Shown here: positions 50,339 to 60,749 of the stretch, one piece after another | How the letters are laid out: each line of letters begins with the position of its first letter | Numbering within the stretch: position 1 is the first letter of the stretch | DNA from: Nemertoderma westbladi | Lineage: Eukaryota; Animalia; Xenacoelomorpha | Direction: 5' to 3' | DNA length: 60,749 nucleotides | NCBI GenBank assembly: GCA_032718475.1 | Contig: JAUCBJ010006455.1 | Span: 1 to 60,749, forward strand | Translations under genes and position numbers: made by a program | Notes under the pieces: generated by a model | Told to the model about the DNA's origin: nothing | Databases searched by the model: none | The model's input: the letters and a program-made list of their open reading frames with translations, nothing else

Positions 50339-51077
50339 GGGGGGGGGGGGGGGGGGGGGGGGTACACCATTTTGGTCCAAAATATGTCGAAATTTTTTTA
50401 TGGTCTATTATAATGCACCATTGAATTGTGTTTCCAAATCTGAAAACCGCTATTTAATAGCTCTTTTAGTTTTCAAGTTATGTAAAATTCCAATTAGGGA
50501 ATCCTATTGAAATTACTATTACTATATATATTGAAAGGTCGATTATCTCCAAATATTTTTTTCATGAAATTGTCAACTTCAAAACCCTACTACTTCTACA
50601 ATTTTTGAGTAATTAGTCTGAAACTTCCTGTGGGTGTCTAGAGAGCCACCCTGCATAAAAATATCAGACAACTTTTCGAAATTTTTTGTTAATAAAATTT
50701 AATACTATTTATAAAAAACCTAAAAATTAGCATAAATTTGCAGCGCCACCTAGCGGTGCAGAATTATTGTAACAAAATTTCGCCTGATAGTTATGTTGCC
50801 CCATCTTTGATCTATCATATAAAAAAACTTTCATGTGATTAGGTTCAAAACTGTAAAAGCCTTAGGGTCTTAAGCGCAACCAAGTTTTTTTTTATTGTTA
50901 ACTAGTATTGTTAACTAATATTAATTAGCGAAAAAACCAAATTTTCTGACCTGTCATGTAGAATAGCATCTTAGGCACCTATATGCCAAATTTTAGCCAA
51001 AACCAAACAATTTTGAAACGCTGAGAGTGATAAATCGAAGAGTTGTCCGAAAATGGTGTACCCCCCCCCCCCCCCCC
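50339..51077. mobile_element. Non-autonomous DNA transposon, Kolobok-like
   Basis: ttaa|G(n)gtacaccatttt ... aaaatggtgtaC(n) inverted termini; TTAA is clear on the left and imperfect on the right; carries a CTCF-like motif at 50741. Confidence 0.75.
50741..50758 (-). promoter_or_regulatory. CTCF-like core motif
   Basis: Minus strand caccgctaggtggcgctg matches the CTCF core CCrCyAGrkGGCrs. Confidence 0.6.
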
Positions 51078-51559
51078 AAGTTAGTAACCAATTTCCAAAA
51101 GTGCTACTTTACAAACAAATGTCTAAATACTTATTGGCACCTTGTACGGGATAATTTAGTTTAACAATAATAATTATTAAAACCATATAAAGTTTAATAT
51201 TATTCAAATATCCAAATACTTCCTCATACTTTTATTTTGGTATCTTATCTATTACTTGCTATGGAACATAAGTTCGTCGAATTCGAATACGATATCATGC
51301 AGTATTTAACTGAATACTGTTGAACTATATAACTATACTAAATACACTAAACTAATATAGAATACTAATGAACTGAATACTCAACTCAAACTCAAGACAT
51401 GGGGTGGGGTTGGGGTGGGGCATATGATTCATTACATACACGTTTCATTCGTTTCATAACATTCACTATAATATACAGTTGCAGTATTATAGATAACAGA
51501 TTAAACTACAGGTACTGTACGTCTGTAACAGGCAGATTTGTTATTGTATATTTTATACC

Positions 51560-51775
51560 CATCAACCCGGTGCAGCTTTGAAGAGCCGGCGTAAGTTTTT
51601 TTGCCCGGCGCAGCATTTTGAATTGCGCAGAGCCAGCACAGCCACAGGATTTTTGCACCCGGCGTGGTTTTGCACAGAGTCGGCGCGGGAGTTTTTGCAC
51701 CCGACGTGGTTTTGTACAGTGGTGGCACAAGATTTTTTGCACCCGGCGCGGCGCCGCGTCGGCGCAGGAAATACA
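51560..51775. repeat. GC-rich MITE-like segment with ttttgcacccggcg sub-repeats
   Basis: Four or five copies of tttt(t)gcacc(c)g(g/a)cg; ends gcaggaaataca; no clear second TIR. Confidence 0.5.
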
Positions 51776-51939
51776 AATTTTCAATATACATATATTATAA
51801 TATATATACATATATTTGTATATACAATCACATCACAGTCAGACTGCCAGTGCTAGTAACTGAGCAATGATGTAATACTATGCAGCTGTAATGCAGTAAT
51901 GTCTGAATGTAGTATTATCTCACATTTCTGCATTTTTGT

Positions 51940-52330
51940 TCAGTTGTTGGTTTTCAGTCTGACGGTGGGACAACTGCAGAACTACAGAACTACTACTGTA
52001 CTACAGCAGTACAGTGCACAGTGCTAGTCAGACAGTGCTAAAATCTGAAAGCAGGTGAACAGGCTGACATCGGGACATACAGACAGAGTGACGGCGACCG
52101 GCAACCGGTGCAGTTCCAACTTCCAGTAAGCAAGCGCAGAAGTGTGTTACTGCGCAGCGAGCGACGACAGACTGACAGAGAGGTTAGTTCGCCAGATTCG
52201 GGGGAGGCCGGAGGGCGGAGGGGAGCCGGCGCCGGGTGTCAGTACGCGTCGATTCACCCCTCGCTCATCCGTTAAAAAAAATTCGATCGCTTCACTCGCG
52301 TCTCTGTCTGTCTGTGTCTGTTATACAGTC
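51940..52330 (+). promoter_or_regulatory. Probable promoter / non-coding first exon of the Lys-rich gene
   Basis: CpG- and GC-rich island with tcagt Inr-like words and a candidate donor cca|gtaagc at 52127, upstream of the acceptor at 53695. Confidence 0.45.
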
Positions 52331-53800
52331 TGACAGTTAGGCCTATCAGTGCCTATAGTAATACCACACACTGACACTCACACACGGATGGCACACGACA
52401 GCCTATTAGCTGATTAGGCGAGGCCTACTGTATTGCAGTTGCAGTGTTGTATTACCAGATTAGATTACCTGATTACAGTATTACATATTATGGGTTACAG
52501 GGTTATACTGTTATACCTGTATACGTTACACAAATAGATAAATAAAATAGATAGGCCTAACAAATTTACAAATTGTTTTCTTAAATTTAGGCCTATCGTT
52601 TATTTTCTTATCTAGATTCTGGAGACCGGAGGAAACAAAAATTAAAACCAAAATCCAAAAACTACGGTAGGCCTACCCTACAGTCGGGTGCCTATACTGC
52701 CTACATAAATAAAATTAAATAAAGTTCAAATTTAAATATTTGAGGCGGTCACAATAGAAAGGGACCTTCTGACCTTATGACATATTTTTCAAAATTTTTT
52801 TATTGGTTTTTTAGGTGCAGAATCTTTTGGAGGTTTCAAATATCCAAGCGGTTTTTCAAGATCTCTTTTAGTTCTCGAGTTATAGGGCAAAGTGAAAGTA
52901 TACGGCAAGGTTTGATGTTGATCGAGCGGGTAAAAAATTGGGAAAAATTTAAAATTAGTTACCGGTACCGGTACCCTACTGCCTACCCGTATAGGCTAAG
53001 TTCATTTTTTTTTCGATATTAAAATGTGCCAAATACACGTACTGTGTGTGACGTACCAGTAATAAACTTAAAATAAAAAAAATTGTTATTTTAATGTTTA
53101 TTTTTTCTTGAAGAAATGCTATTCATTTCATGGCCTTCGCGCAGCACGTGAGTGGTTCAATCGTGAAAAATATTTGAAAATTATGGATTTTCGCGGTTGT
53201 CAATATAATTAACTATCTCCCATCCCATTCTGTAGGTACAATAATCCTAGAGCAGTATCAGAGTAAGTTATTAGTTTATTAATTTTTTACTATTTATACT
53301 GTACCATAATTACGTTTTATAAGTTTAACTTTGCGTGCATAGTTACATCTTTATCGTTGAGTCGGACATTGCCACGCTCTCGGTACAGCGGTAAAGTTGT
53401 ATATAGTGTAATTAAAGTTTTATAAAAAAATTGTTCTGTGTATCTGTACTGTATAGTTTGGCCTACATCTTTATCGTTGAGTATGGAGTATCGTCTCTCT
53501 CTCGGTAAAGTTGTACCGGTAGGTAGCCCCTACCTACATAGTTGTTACATTGACAAGTTGCAGAATTGTAGCTCTGTAAAGTGTAAGAGTTGGTAGTCTT
53601 GGATTCGGCTCCCGCTCCAACAGTCCAACTCTATAATCTAATGCATGGCCCTATTCCCTAATCATCTATTAATCTGCCTTACCTAATGTTGACAGGTTGA
53701 AATATCTCCTGATCTCGTACCGGTTCTACTACCGTACTTCTGATCTATCTACTTCCCCGATACATTTGGCCTACACAACCAACAACTTAAACAACCGGTT

Positions 53801-54004
53801 ATGGATGACGAGGATTCTCCTCTCAGTTTCAAACTGACTAAATCCCCGGAACTTCCTTCATCTCCCCCACCCCCTGCCAATCTACCTCCTCCACCATTGC
53901 CTCCCAGTTCAACTTCTGAAACGAAGGACACCAGAACTGTGAAACAAGATGACGTTGATGATGTTCCTGTTCCATTTGATAATGATGCCGGTAAATTGGG
54001 AAAG
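53801..54004 (+). CDS. Uncharacterised Pro/Lys/His-rich (probably nuclear) protein, coding exon 1
   Basis: Acceptor gacag| before 53696; ATG 53801 MDDEDSPL..PPPP..GKLGK; phase-0 donor AAG|gttagt after 54004. Confidence 0.72.
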
Positions 54005-54319
54005 GTTAGTCACGTGACTTGGCCGAGTGGAGTGGAGCGTTTATGAGCCAGTTCTAATACTGTCGGCTTGTAACTTCACCTAAACTAAATACAGTATCAT
54101 TATAGTCCATTTTGTTTTCTTCTTGGAGTTGACGTAACGCTGCATAACTGTTATGCTTTGGGTTTGTTTTGCATTTCCCGGCTGAAATATTTCACTAATT
54201 TTTTTTACTGGATGAACCTATGTATAGCTGATACGTTCTCTGTTGACTCACACAGTCAGACAGTATATGCAGCGCACGTGCGTGCAAGTCGCATCTTAAC
54301 AGCTAACACTCCAACATTT

Positions 54320-54592
54320 CGGCCCATCTGAAGAATACCAGACTGTCTGCGTTATATTTCACTTTGTAGTTTACCCCCTGAAGAATACCGGGATTCACTA
54401 TAAACACAGGTTACAGAAGGGCCGAATCCATCCAAAACAATAAACGAATTAGTATATGTACATGTTATAAGACAGAAATAAGCGATAGAAAACACTTAAT
54501 AAAGATAAATTAAAAAAAACAAATTCTTCATATATAAAATTCCAATAAAAAGTCGACCGTTAAGTGAATTCTTGGTATTCTTCACATGGGCG
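54320..54592. mobile_element. MITE in intron, same family as 1-110
   Basis: gcccatctgaagaatacca ... tggtattcttcacatgggc imperfect TIRs; homologous to the window start. Confidence 0.65.
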
Positions 54593-54815
54593 AACATTTC
54601 AACAGGCAGTTCGTAAGTTCTGTTAATATTATTGTTTCAATAAGTATTGCAACTATAATGCTATTAATAATTCAATTGTAAAATTGGGGATTGGATATTG
54701 TGCTTCATTCCTTCATTTTTTCATGCATTGCTATATGTTTGTATTTTTGTAAGTACCTGTATGCAAACTAATTTTTACCTTTATATTTTGTTTGATTTTT
54801 ACTCCGACTGGACAG

Positions 54816-54986
54816 CGTCACGGTAAGAAGAAGAAAAAATCTCACAAACATGCCGAACATAAAGTTGATGAGGTTGTCGGCAGAAGAGATAAGCATATAG
54901 AAGAAGAGAAGGATAGTTCCGATGTAGATAATGTTCTGAAGAAGCACAAATCTCACCATAATAAAAAGAAAAAGAAGAAAGAGAAG
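54816..54986 (+). CDS. Lys-rich protein, coding exon 2
   Basis: Pyrimidine tract plus gacag|; 171 nt, phase 0-0; RHGKKKKKSHKH...KKHKSHHNKKKKKKEK; donor AAG|gtacat. Confidence 0.75.
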
Positions 54987-55569
54987 GTACATAATGTAAT
55001 ATAGGCCGTACCACTGGGACGCCGTATTTGCAACCAGGTTTTTTTTCAAATTTTTTACCGTGATAATATTGTGAAACCTTTCGAGTCCCCCCCCCCCCCC
55101 CCCCCCCGGCCCCTCCCCACTCCACCCGGTAGGTCAAATTTAAATTTTTTCAACTGCAAGCAGTAAAACAGTACCGGTATCTTTTTACTATTGGAATCGT
55201 CTTTGGTTATTAAACTGATAGAGGAAGTTCTTTAAAAGAATGTTATAATTTCCCCTCTTGGTCCTCCTCTCTATGCACCACCCCAAATGTCTCATACAGA
55301 AACTGTAATATTCTGCGACAGTCTTATTGGTTGTTCAGATATATTTCCTTTAAAATAGTTGTTCGTTAGTTTGGCAGTCAGATGGATTGCCTACTAAAAT
55401 TTGGCGTCCTCCTTCCTGTAATACAGACAACAGTTCATTAACCGAGAGTCTATGGCGCAAAATGACCACAGACATCAAATATATGTGTTTAGTGGGTTTA
55501 TAAACATTAAGTAAAAGGAGCAGTTTACAGTGTCGGTGTTTTCTAACCGAAACAGCAAACAAAACTTAA

Positions 55570-56647
55570 CACTTAAACTGGTAGAAACACATATTTGTAT
55601 TTTCAGAATACAATGTTGACTTGGTCATGTTGTATATATTTCGTTATTCTATTGACGTGGTAAAAACACAAATACGTGTTTACACTTTTATGTCACGAGC
55701 TGGTCGAACAATTTTAGAAACTACGTTTCGAGTTGGTATGAACACAAATTTGTGTTTTAGTAAGTATTGTCTGACTTGGTGAGATGTTTTTTATGAGTTT
55801 TATCCCACTTGGTCAGCATTTTTCTTTGGATTTTATAATTATTTAGATGTTCATGTACAAAAATATTTCTATTAAAATAAGGAGAGAGTTGTTTTTTTTT
55901 ATTTATATTAATGTATAATCATTATACATTATATAAAAGATAAGCAGTTAAACATTTAAGACAGCAGACAGTTAGATAAACAGTTATTGATAACATGACC
56001 AATTTGATAACATGAATCGAATGAATACCGGAGTAGAAAAGTTTTCCACGTCATAAAAAAATCCATCCAAATAAAGATGGTAGTTAAAAGAGTAAAATAT
56101 AGTTATTTTCTTCCACAGTGGGTCTAGCAATCCGATGATACTAAAACGAAGTAACGAAAAACCATTTATATAAGTTTATGATGGTGTGTGGGAATATTGC
56201 AGCCGAAGTCTTGAGATTCAGTTATTGTTTTACTGTGAAGCATACCTGTGGGAAAACCTTACGTGTGGGCGTTGGGGATGCCAAACTGGCGGATATGAGG
56301 TATCGGAAGAAAGCCCATAAGCAGGGTTAACAGGGATTCATTAAGTACAGTAGTTAGTATTATAGGAATACGTAAAATATGTCTAAAACACAAAAAAGCG
56401 TCAGCACCAAGTGGATAGCCGCTCAGGCAAACACATATTTGTGTTCTTACCAACTCGGAGAACGTCAATCGATTTTTTCCCCACCAGTTCGCGTACATTC
56501 ACATAAAACACAAACTTGTGTTTCTACCAAGTCAGACGAGTTTACAAATTCATACCTGACCAAATGCGATAGAAATTGATAAAACACAATTTTGTGTTCA
56601 TACCAAGTCGAAACAAAAGTAAATGAAGACGCTGACCAGTTTAAGTG
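55570..56647. mobile_element. piggyBac-like MITE in intron
   Basis: TTAA|cacttaaactggt ... accagtttaagtg|TTAA; subterminal aaacaca..tttgtgtt repeats at both ends. Confidence 0.88.
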
Positions 56648-56745
56648 TTAATACTAATTTATTTGCTATCAATCATATGATCACAAATATCAGCTCGAAG
56701 GGATTATAAACAACCAATGGGAATAGATGTTCATTTTTAGAGATT

Positions 56746-56777
56746 CCGCCCTCTAGCGGCGGGCTGAGGAACTGCAG
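56746..56777 (-). promoter_or_regulatory. CTCF-like motif with upstream (U) module
   Basis: Minus strand ctgcagttcc-tcagcccg-ccgctagagggcgg. Confidence 0.6.
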
Positions 56778-58189
56778 ACGTCTTTGCGTATCTCGATTAA
56801 GAAGTACTCGGCCAATCATTTTGTAAGCTAAACACAATAACCAAACTGGCTTATTAGTCTGGTTCATTACATTGCTGCCTTTGAGTAGAGGTGAGATGTG
56901 GTTGGAGTGGTTCCCCTCCAAGCTAGGCTAGGCATGTATTAACATCTTCTAATTCCTCTTGTTAATTTCTTTAGATCAATTAAAAACACGTTTCTTAAAG
57001 CAAATCTCTTGAACTAATTAAAAACTATAATGGAATGGGGGTGGGGAATACAGTTGTGTAATTTACGTATAATTATTTAAATCTTATACTAGAAAATAAT
57101 TAATATCCTTTAAGAGGCAGGTTGAAATTGATGTTTTTCCTAATCAACTTAATTAACTAATTAACTGCTATTATCTTAGCTTCTCGAAGGCCACGCGAAA
57201 ATTCAACTTGGAAAATTTCTAAACTTTGGCCAGACTACATGTGTACCAAGTTTGGTTAAATTTCATTAACATTTGGCTGAGTTATTAACGTTTAAAAGTG
57301 AACACGACAGACACACCGATTGAGTTAGTGGCACCCGTATGCTAAGCTCGTTGGTAAGTAGTGTTTGTTTCACGAGTCCACCAAATGTGCTAGTAGAAAA
57401 CCAATTTTGCGTGATTTTTCTAATTGTATTATAAGAATCAGCTTCATTAGCATGTAACTCAGAGATCGCGATAAATGCGATATAACGCGATTATAGCGAT
57501 AACTCATCAAAATATCTCATAAATGACCACTGCTGCATGGAGGTAAAAAATATATTATTATATATATATTATTTATTTTATATAACAACATATTCAAGTG
57601 CCAATTTCTAAAACATTCTCCCACATTGGATATTTTTCAATCCAAAATAACTCGTCTTGATGATTGGCCAATGAAAATATTTTTCAAAAAACATAAAATT
57701 TGCAACTTATTCAAACTTTTGACTTTAAATTCAGAACAGCACCCCCAAAAACCCGTAAACAAAAATTTTCAACATATTGACACTTGTATTGTTTGTATTT
57801 CTGAGAAATTTTTGTTTGCGGGTGCTCGCGTAACCTATACTTTTGCTGCGTGGAGACCCAATTTTCAAATTCTCATAACTTTTGATCCAGAAGACCAATT
57901 GAGCTAATTTTTTTTAATTTTTATCATTCACCAAGGTCTATAACATATCCCAAATCGAGCGCAATCCAAAGACATGGGTTAAACCACCTGGATGAATATA
58001 GATGGAATTACTCTCTATTCTACTTTTTTTCCAATTTACTATATAATTATTATTTTTTGTAAACTACTACAACTTTATATTATCTCTTAGCTTTTCACAT
58101 TTTTTTGTTCTAGTTATTTTGAAGAAGAATTTTAGCTTGATGATGTTTCAAACATTACTTTCTGTACATTATTCTTAAACAGTTCACAG

Positions 58190-58234
58190 ACCCCAGACAC
58201 TGAGTTTTTAGCGGGAAAAGTTCGAGCTTTAAAG
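58190..58234 (+). CDS. Lys-rich protein, probable coding exon 3
   Basis: Acceptor ttcacag|; 45 nt, phase 0-0; TPDTEFLAGKVRALK; donor AAG|gtaata. The gene presumably continues beyond the window. Confidence 0.55.
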
Positions 58235-59131
58235 GTAATATATCGGAATGTCAAATTCCAATTTCTCAATTTTTTAAATTACTACTAAACTCCGCCGTTT
58301 ATCATTCAACATTTTTGGCTTATTTGAAAAGCTTGCGTAAAAGTATCGAGTAGGGATGTCCCGGAATCGATATTTTGATTCCGGCCGGAACCGGAACCGG
58401 AATTCAACATGCCGGAATATTCCGGCCGGAACCGGAATTTTCTATAATTAGTGAAATACACTAAATGACCCAGGAAATTTTATAATTTTTTATGAAACAA
58501 ATGAATTTTTTTAATTTCTACAGTAAGTTTGTTAATGAGATGAATCAGAACCTTGGGGGAATTAAGGTGGGTGGAGAATGACCTGAGCTGTTTGTTACGG
58601 CCTATCGCGTCATTAGGTCCTTGGTGCATCCTGGTGTCTTTAAGGAAAAGGAGCATGTTACAGTGGCATGTTATTCGAACCAAAACAATAAACGAGGCCA
58701 CTAGTACATGTTACAGTTTAATTATTGCTGGGAATAAATAGATTTATGGTAAGAAATGGATTTGCTGTAAATAGAAATTGAAACTACTATATTATGCAGC
58801 ACCTACGACGCAGAACTGAACTAACGACCACTCTCAGGACCTGTACGTATTGTAATAACGTTTTATATTTATATTAGTTTTAGGTTAAAGTAGTAATTGT
58901 AATTGTGTTAATCGTTAATCGAGTTTCATTGCTAACTTTAGAAGGTTGGCAATTTATTTAGCCTCCTGTAATTATCATATTATTTAATAATTAATGCAAA
59001 GTAAAATAATATAAAATCAATGTAAAATAATTTAAATTCAATGTAAAATATTGTAAGATCAATGTAAAATAATGTAAAATCAATCTAAAAAACGCCATTT
59101 TATAAGCAAATTTGGAAAAACCACCCGCTAA

Positions 59132-59455
59132 GGCCCGTGCTCCACTGGTAAGTCTTATGTAGTCTTAGTCAGAATAAATTATGGAACACATTGGTTTCAA
59201 TGTTAGCGTCTCCACTGGTAAATCGTAAGTTAAGACTGTGATTATGTCCCATGTTCCATCTTTTGACATATGAATCATGTGTTATATCCGGCAAGATGCC
59301 TGTGATTGGTTACTTTGGGTATAATAAATATGCAGTAAATGTGAGTCGCACCTTATATTTTTTATCAAATGACTTATGACTTATGTTACCAATGGAGCAC
59401 AGGAGCCATTCATTTTGACATTCTGACTAAGCGACTTACCAGTGGAGCACGGGCC
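59132..59455. mobile_element. PIF/Harbinger (Tourist-like) MITE nested in the hAT element
   Basis: TAA|ggcccgtgctccactggtaagtc ... gacttaccagtggagcacgggcc|TAA; perfect 23-bp TIR and 3-bp TSD. Confidence 0.92.
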
Positions 59456-59703
59456 TAATGATGCATTTCATAAAATATCTTCAGAACGACAAAGGGTTTA
59501 ATTAGTTAATGTAAATTAAAAGGGTTATTTTGAATTGAATTGTATATGAATACTACTTAAGTGGTGTAACAGATGGTGGGACCATTTAGTTTGATTACCA
59601 GGTAAAAAATTTTTGGAAATGTGTTACATACCCATCAAGACTGAATTCACTGTAATAAACAGGGTGGCTGTGAATTTTCCCTCGTTACATAGGTTAGTTA
59701 GGT

Positions 59704-59895
59704 TCCACCTTGGTGTAGTGGTTGCATTGAATTCCAATCTATCTGGAGGTCGTGGGTTCGATCCCTGTATGTGGGCCAAGGCAGTTTTCGATTCAGCACG
59801 AATGGTTTGAAGGGGCTAACCAGGGGGCATCTATGCCTTGCATCCTTAAATGTTAGCTCTAACGGTCGAAGAAAACTTTATTTCTATACTTTTTT
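59704..59895 (+). mobile_element. tRNA-derived SINE nested in the hAT element
   Basis: A box TGGTGTAGTGG (~59711), B box GGTTCGATCCC (~59755), non-tRNA body, acttt-type tail; boundaries approximate. Confidence 0.7.
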
Positions 59896-60582
59896 ACAAG
59901 TGTTGAAAAGTATCTTAAACTAATTGGTAATATTGTTTAAAAAATATATAAATGTTGATAATAATTTAACAAACTAATTGCAGCTATTAAACTAGATATG
60001 AACCTTGTAATTCCGGTAAAATTCCGGCCGGAATTGACCCCATTCCGGCAATTCCGGCCGGAACCGGAATCGGGCAAAAACCGCCGGAATTCCGGCCGGA
60101 ACGGAATTCCGGGACATCCCTAGTATCGAGTAATCGCATTTTTTTAAAAGTTTTGTTCAAATATTATATATATATATATATTGTATATACAATATACAAT
60201 ATAAAAAAGCGTCAAATCCGCCAAGTTTCTAATGGTACAAATCCGCCAAGTTTCCGCTTGAACGGATTAAGTGGGAAGACATTTAATCTGTAGACATGTA
60301 GACACTTAGTGTGATATATATTGTTAATTAGTTTAATTAGTAAAGACTAATTTAAAAATCGATTGGATACGTTTTGTAGAGTCTATGATGCTGAGTCCAT
60401 AAAGTTGGTTTCGAAAGATAACGAAATGAGAGAAAGTTTTCACTTTCAGACATTTCGACGTGTGGATGGAGTAGGCCTACCGAACCACAAAGAAGCAACG
60501 AGTTTTTTTAACACATATGCCGAGATTCAGCTTAAACGAATTAAAATAACGGAAATTGGCCAAGGTTTCACTATCAGACATT

Positions 60583-60612
60583 TCGCCCTCTAGCGACAGA
60601 CTGGAGAACTGC
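60583..60612 (-). promoter_or_regulatory. CTCF-like motif with upstream (U) module
   Basis: Minus strand gcagttct-ccagtctg-tcgctagagggcga; same spacing as the 56746 site. Confidence 0.5.
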
Positions 60613-60749
60613 TTTATTAATTACCTCACAAAAGACGCAGAATGTGGTCTGGCACATAGAGACATGGGAGGAACCTGGACGCAAAACCCGCCTTGGCGAA
60701 TTAATATCCCGTCTTTACGTTAAATTCTCAATTTAGGAAAAGGAGCAGG

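Larger units (their letters stand above)
58351..60122. mobile_element. Non-autonomous hAT (Ac-like) transposon
   Basis: TIR tagggatgtcccggaat / attccgggacatcccta; perfect 8-bp TSD gtatcgag (58343-58350, 60123-60130); ccggaa subterminal repeats. Confidence 0.94.

Overview
AT-rich animal (most likely marine invertebrate bilaterian) nuclear DNA; no prokaryotic operons or CRISPR arrays. Three host genes are supported: a two-coding-exon C2H2 zinc-finger transcription factor (+, about 1033 aa spliced, 11 fingers, CtBP-type motifs), an intronless SRBD1/Tex-family gene (-, 790 aa), and the first three coding exons of an unidentified Pro/Lys/His-rich protein (+, running off the window). The rest is mostly repeats: a decayed Gypsy pol split by an RTE LINE, three copies of one young RTE family plus an older relative, a CR1 fragment, two tRNA-derived SINEs, non-autonomous DNA transposons (hAT, piggyBac-like, PIF/Harbinger, Kolobok-like, TA-flanked foldback), three satellites (37, 50, 42 bp) with higher-order structure, and a GC-rich minisatellite. 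The long ORFs in the arrays are repeat artefacts. The most interesting unexplained signal is a class of TA-flanked micro-insertions (TA to TAGGCCTA, TACCGGTA, TACAGTA). Alignments between paralogous copies in the window show some of them as indels. They cluster around the SRBD1/Lys-rich gene promoters, and a tandem pair lies in frame inside the SRBD1 coding sequence; they look like stacked DNA-transposon excision footprints. CTCF-like and RFX X-box motifs also occur, some inside transposon-like sequence. All alignments and counts were made by eye.
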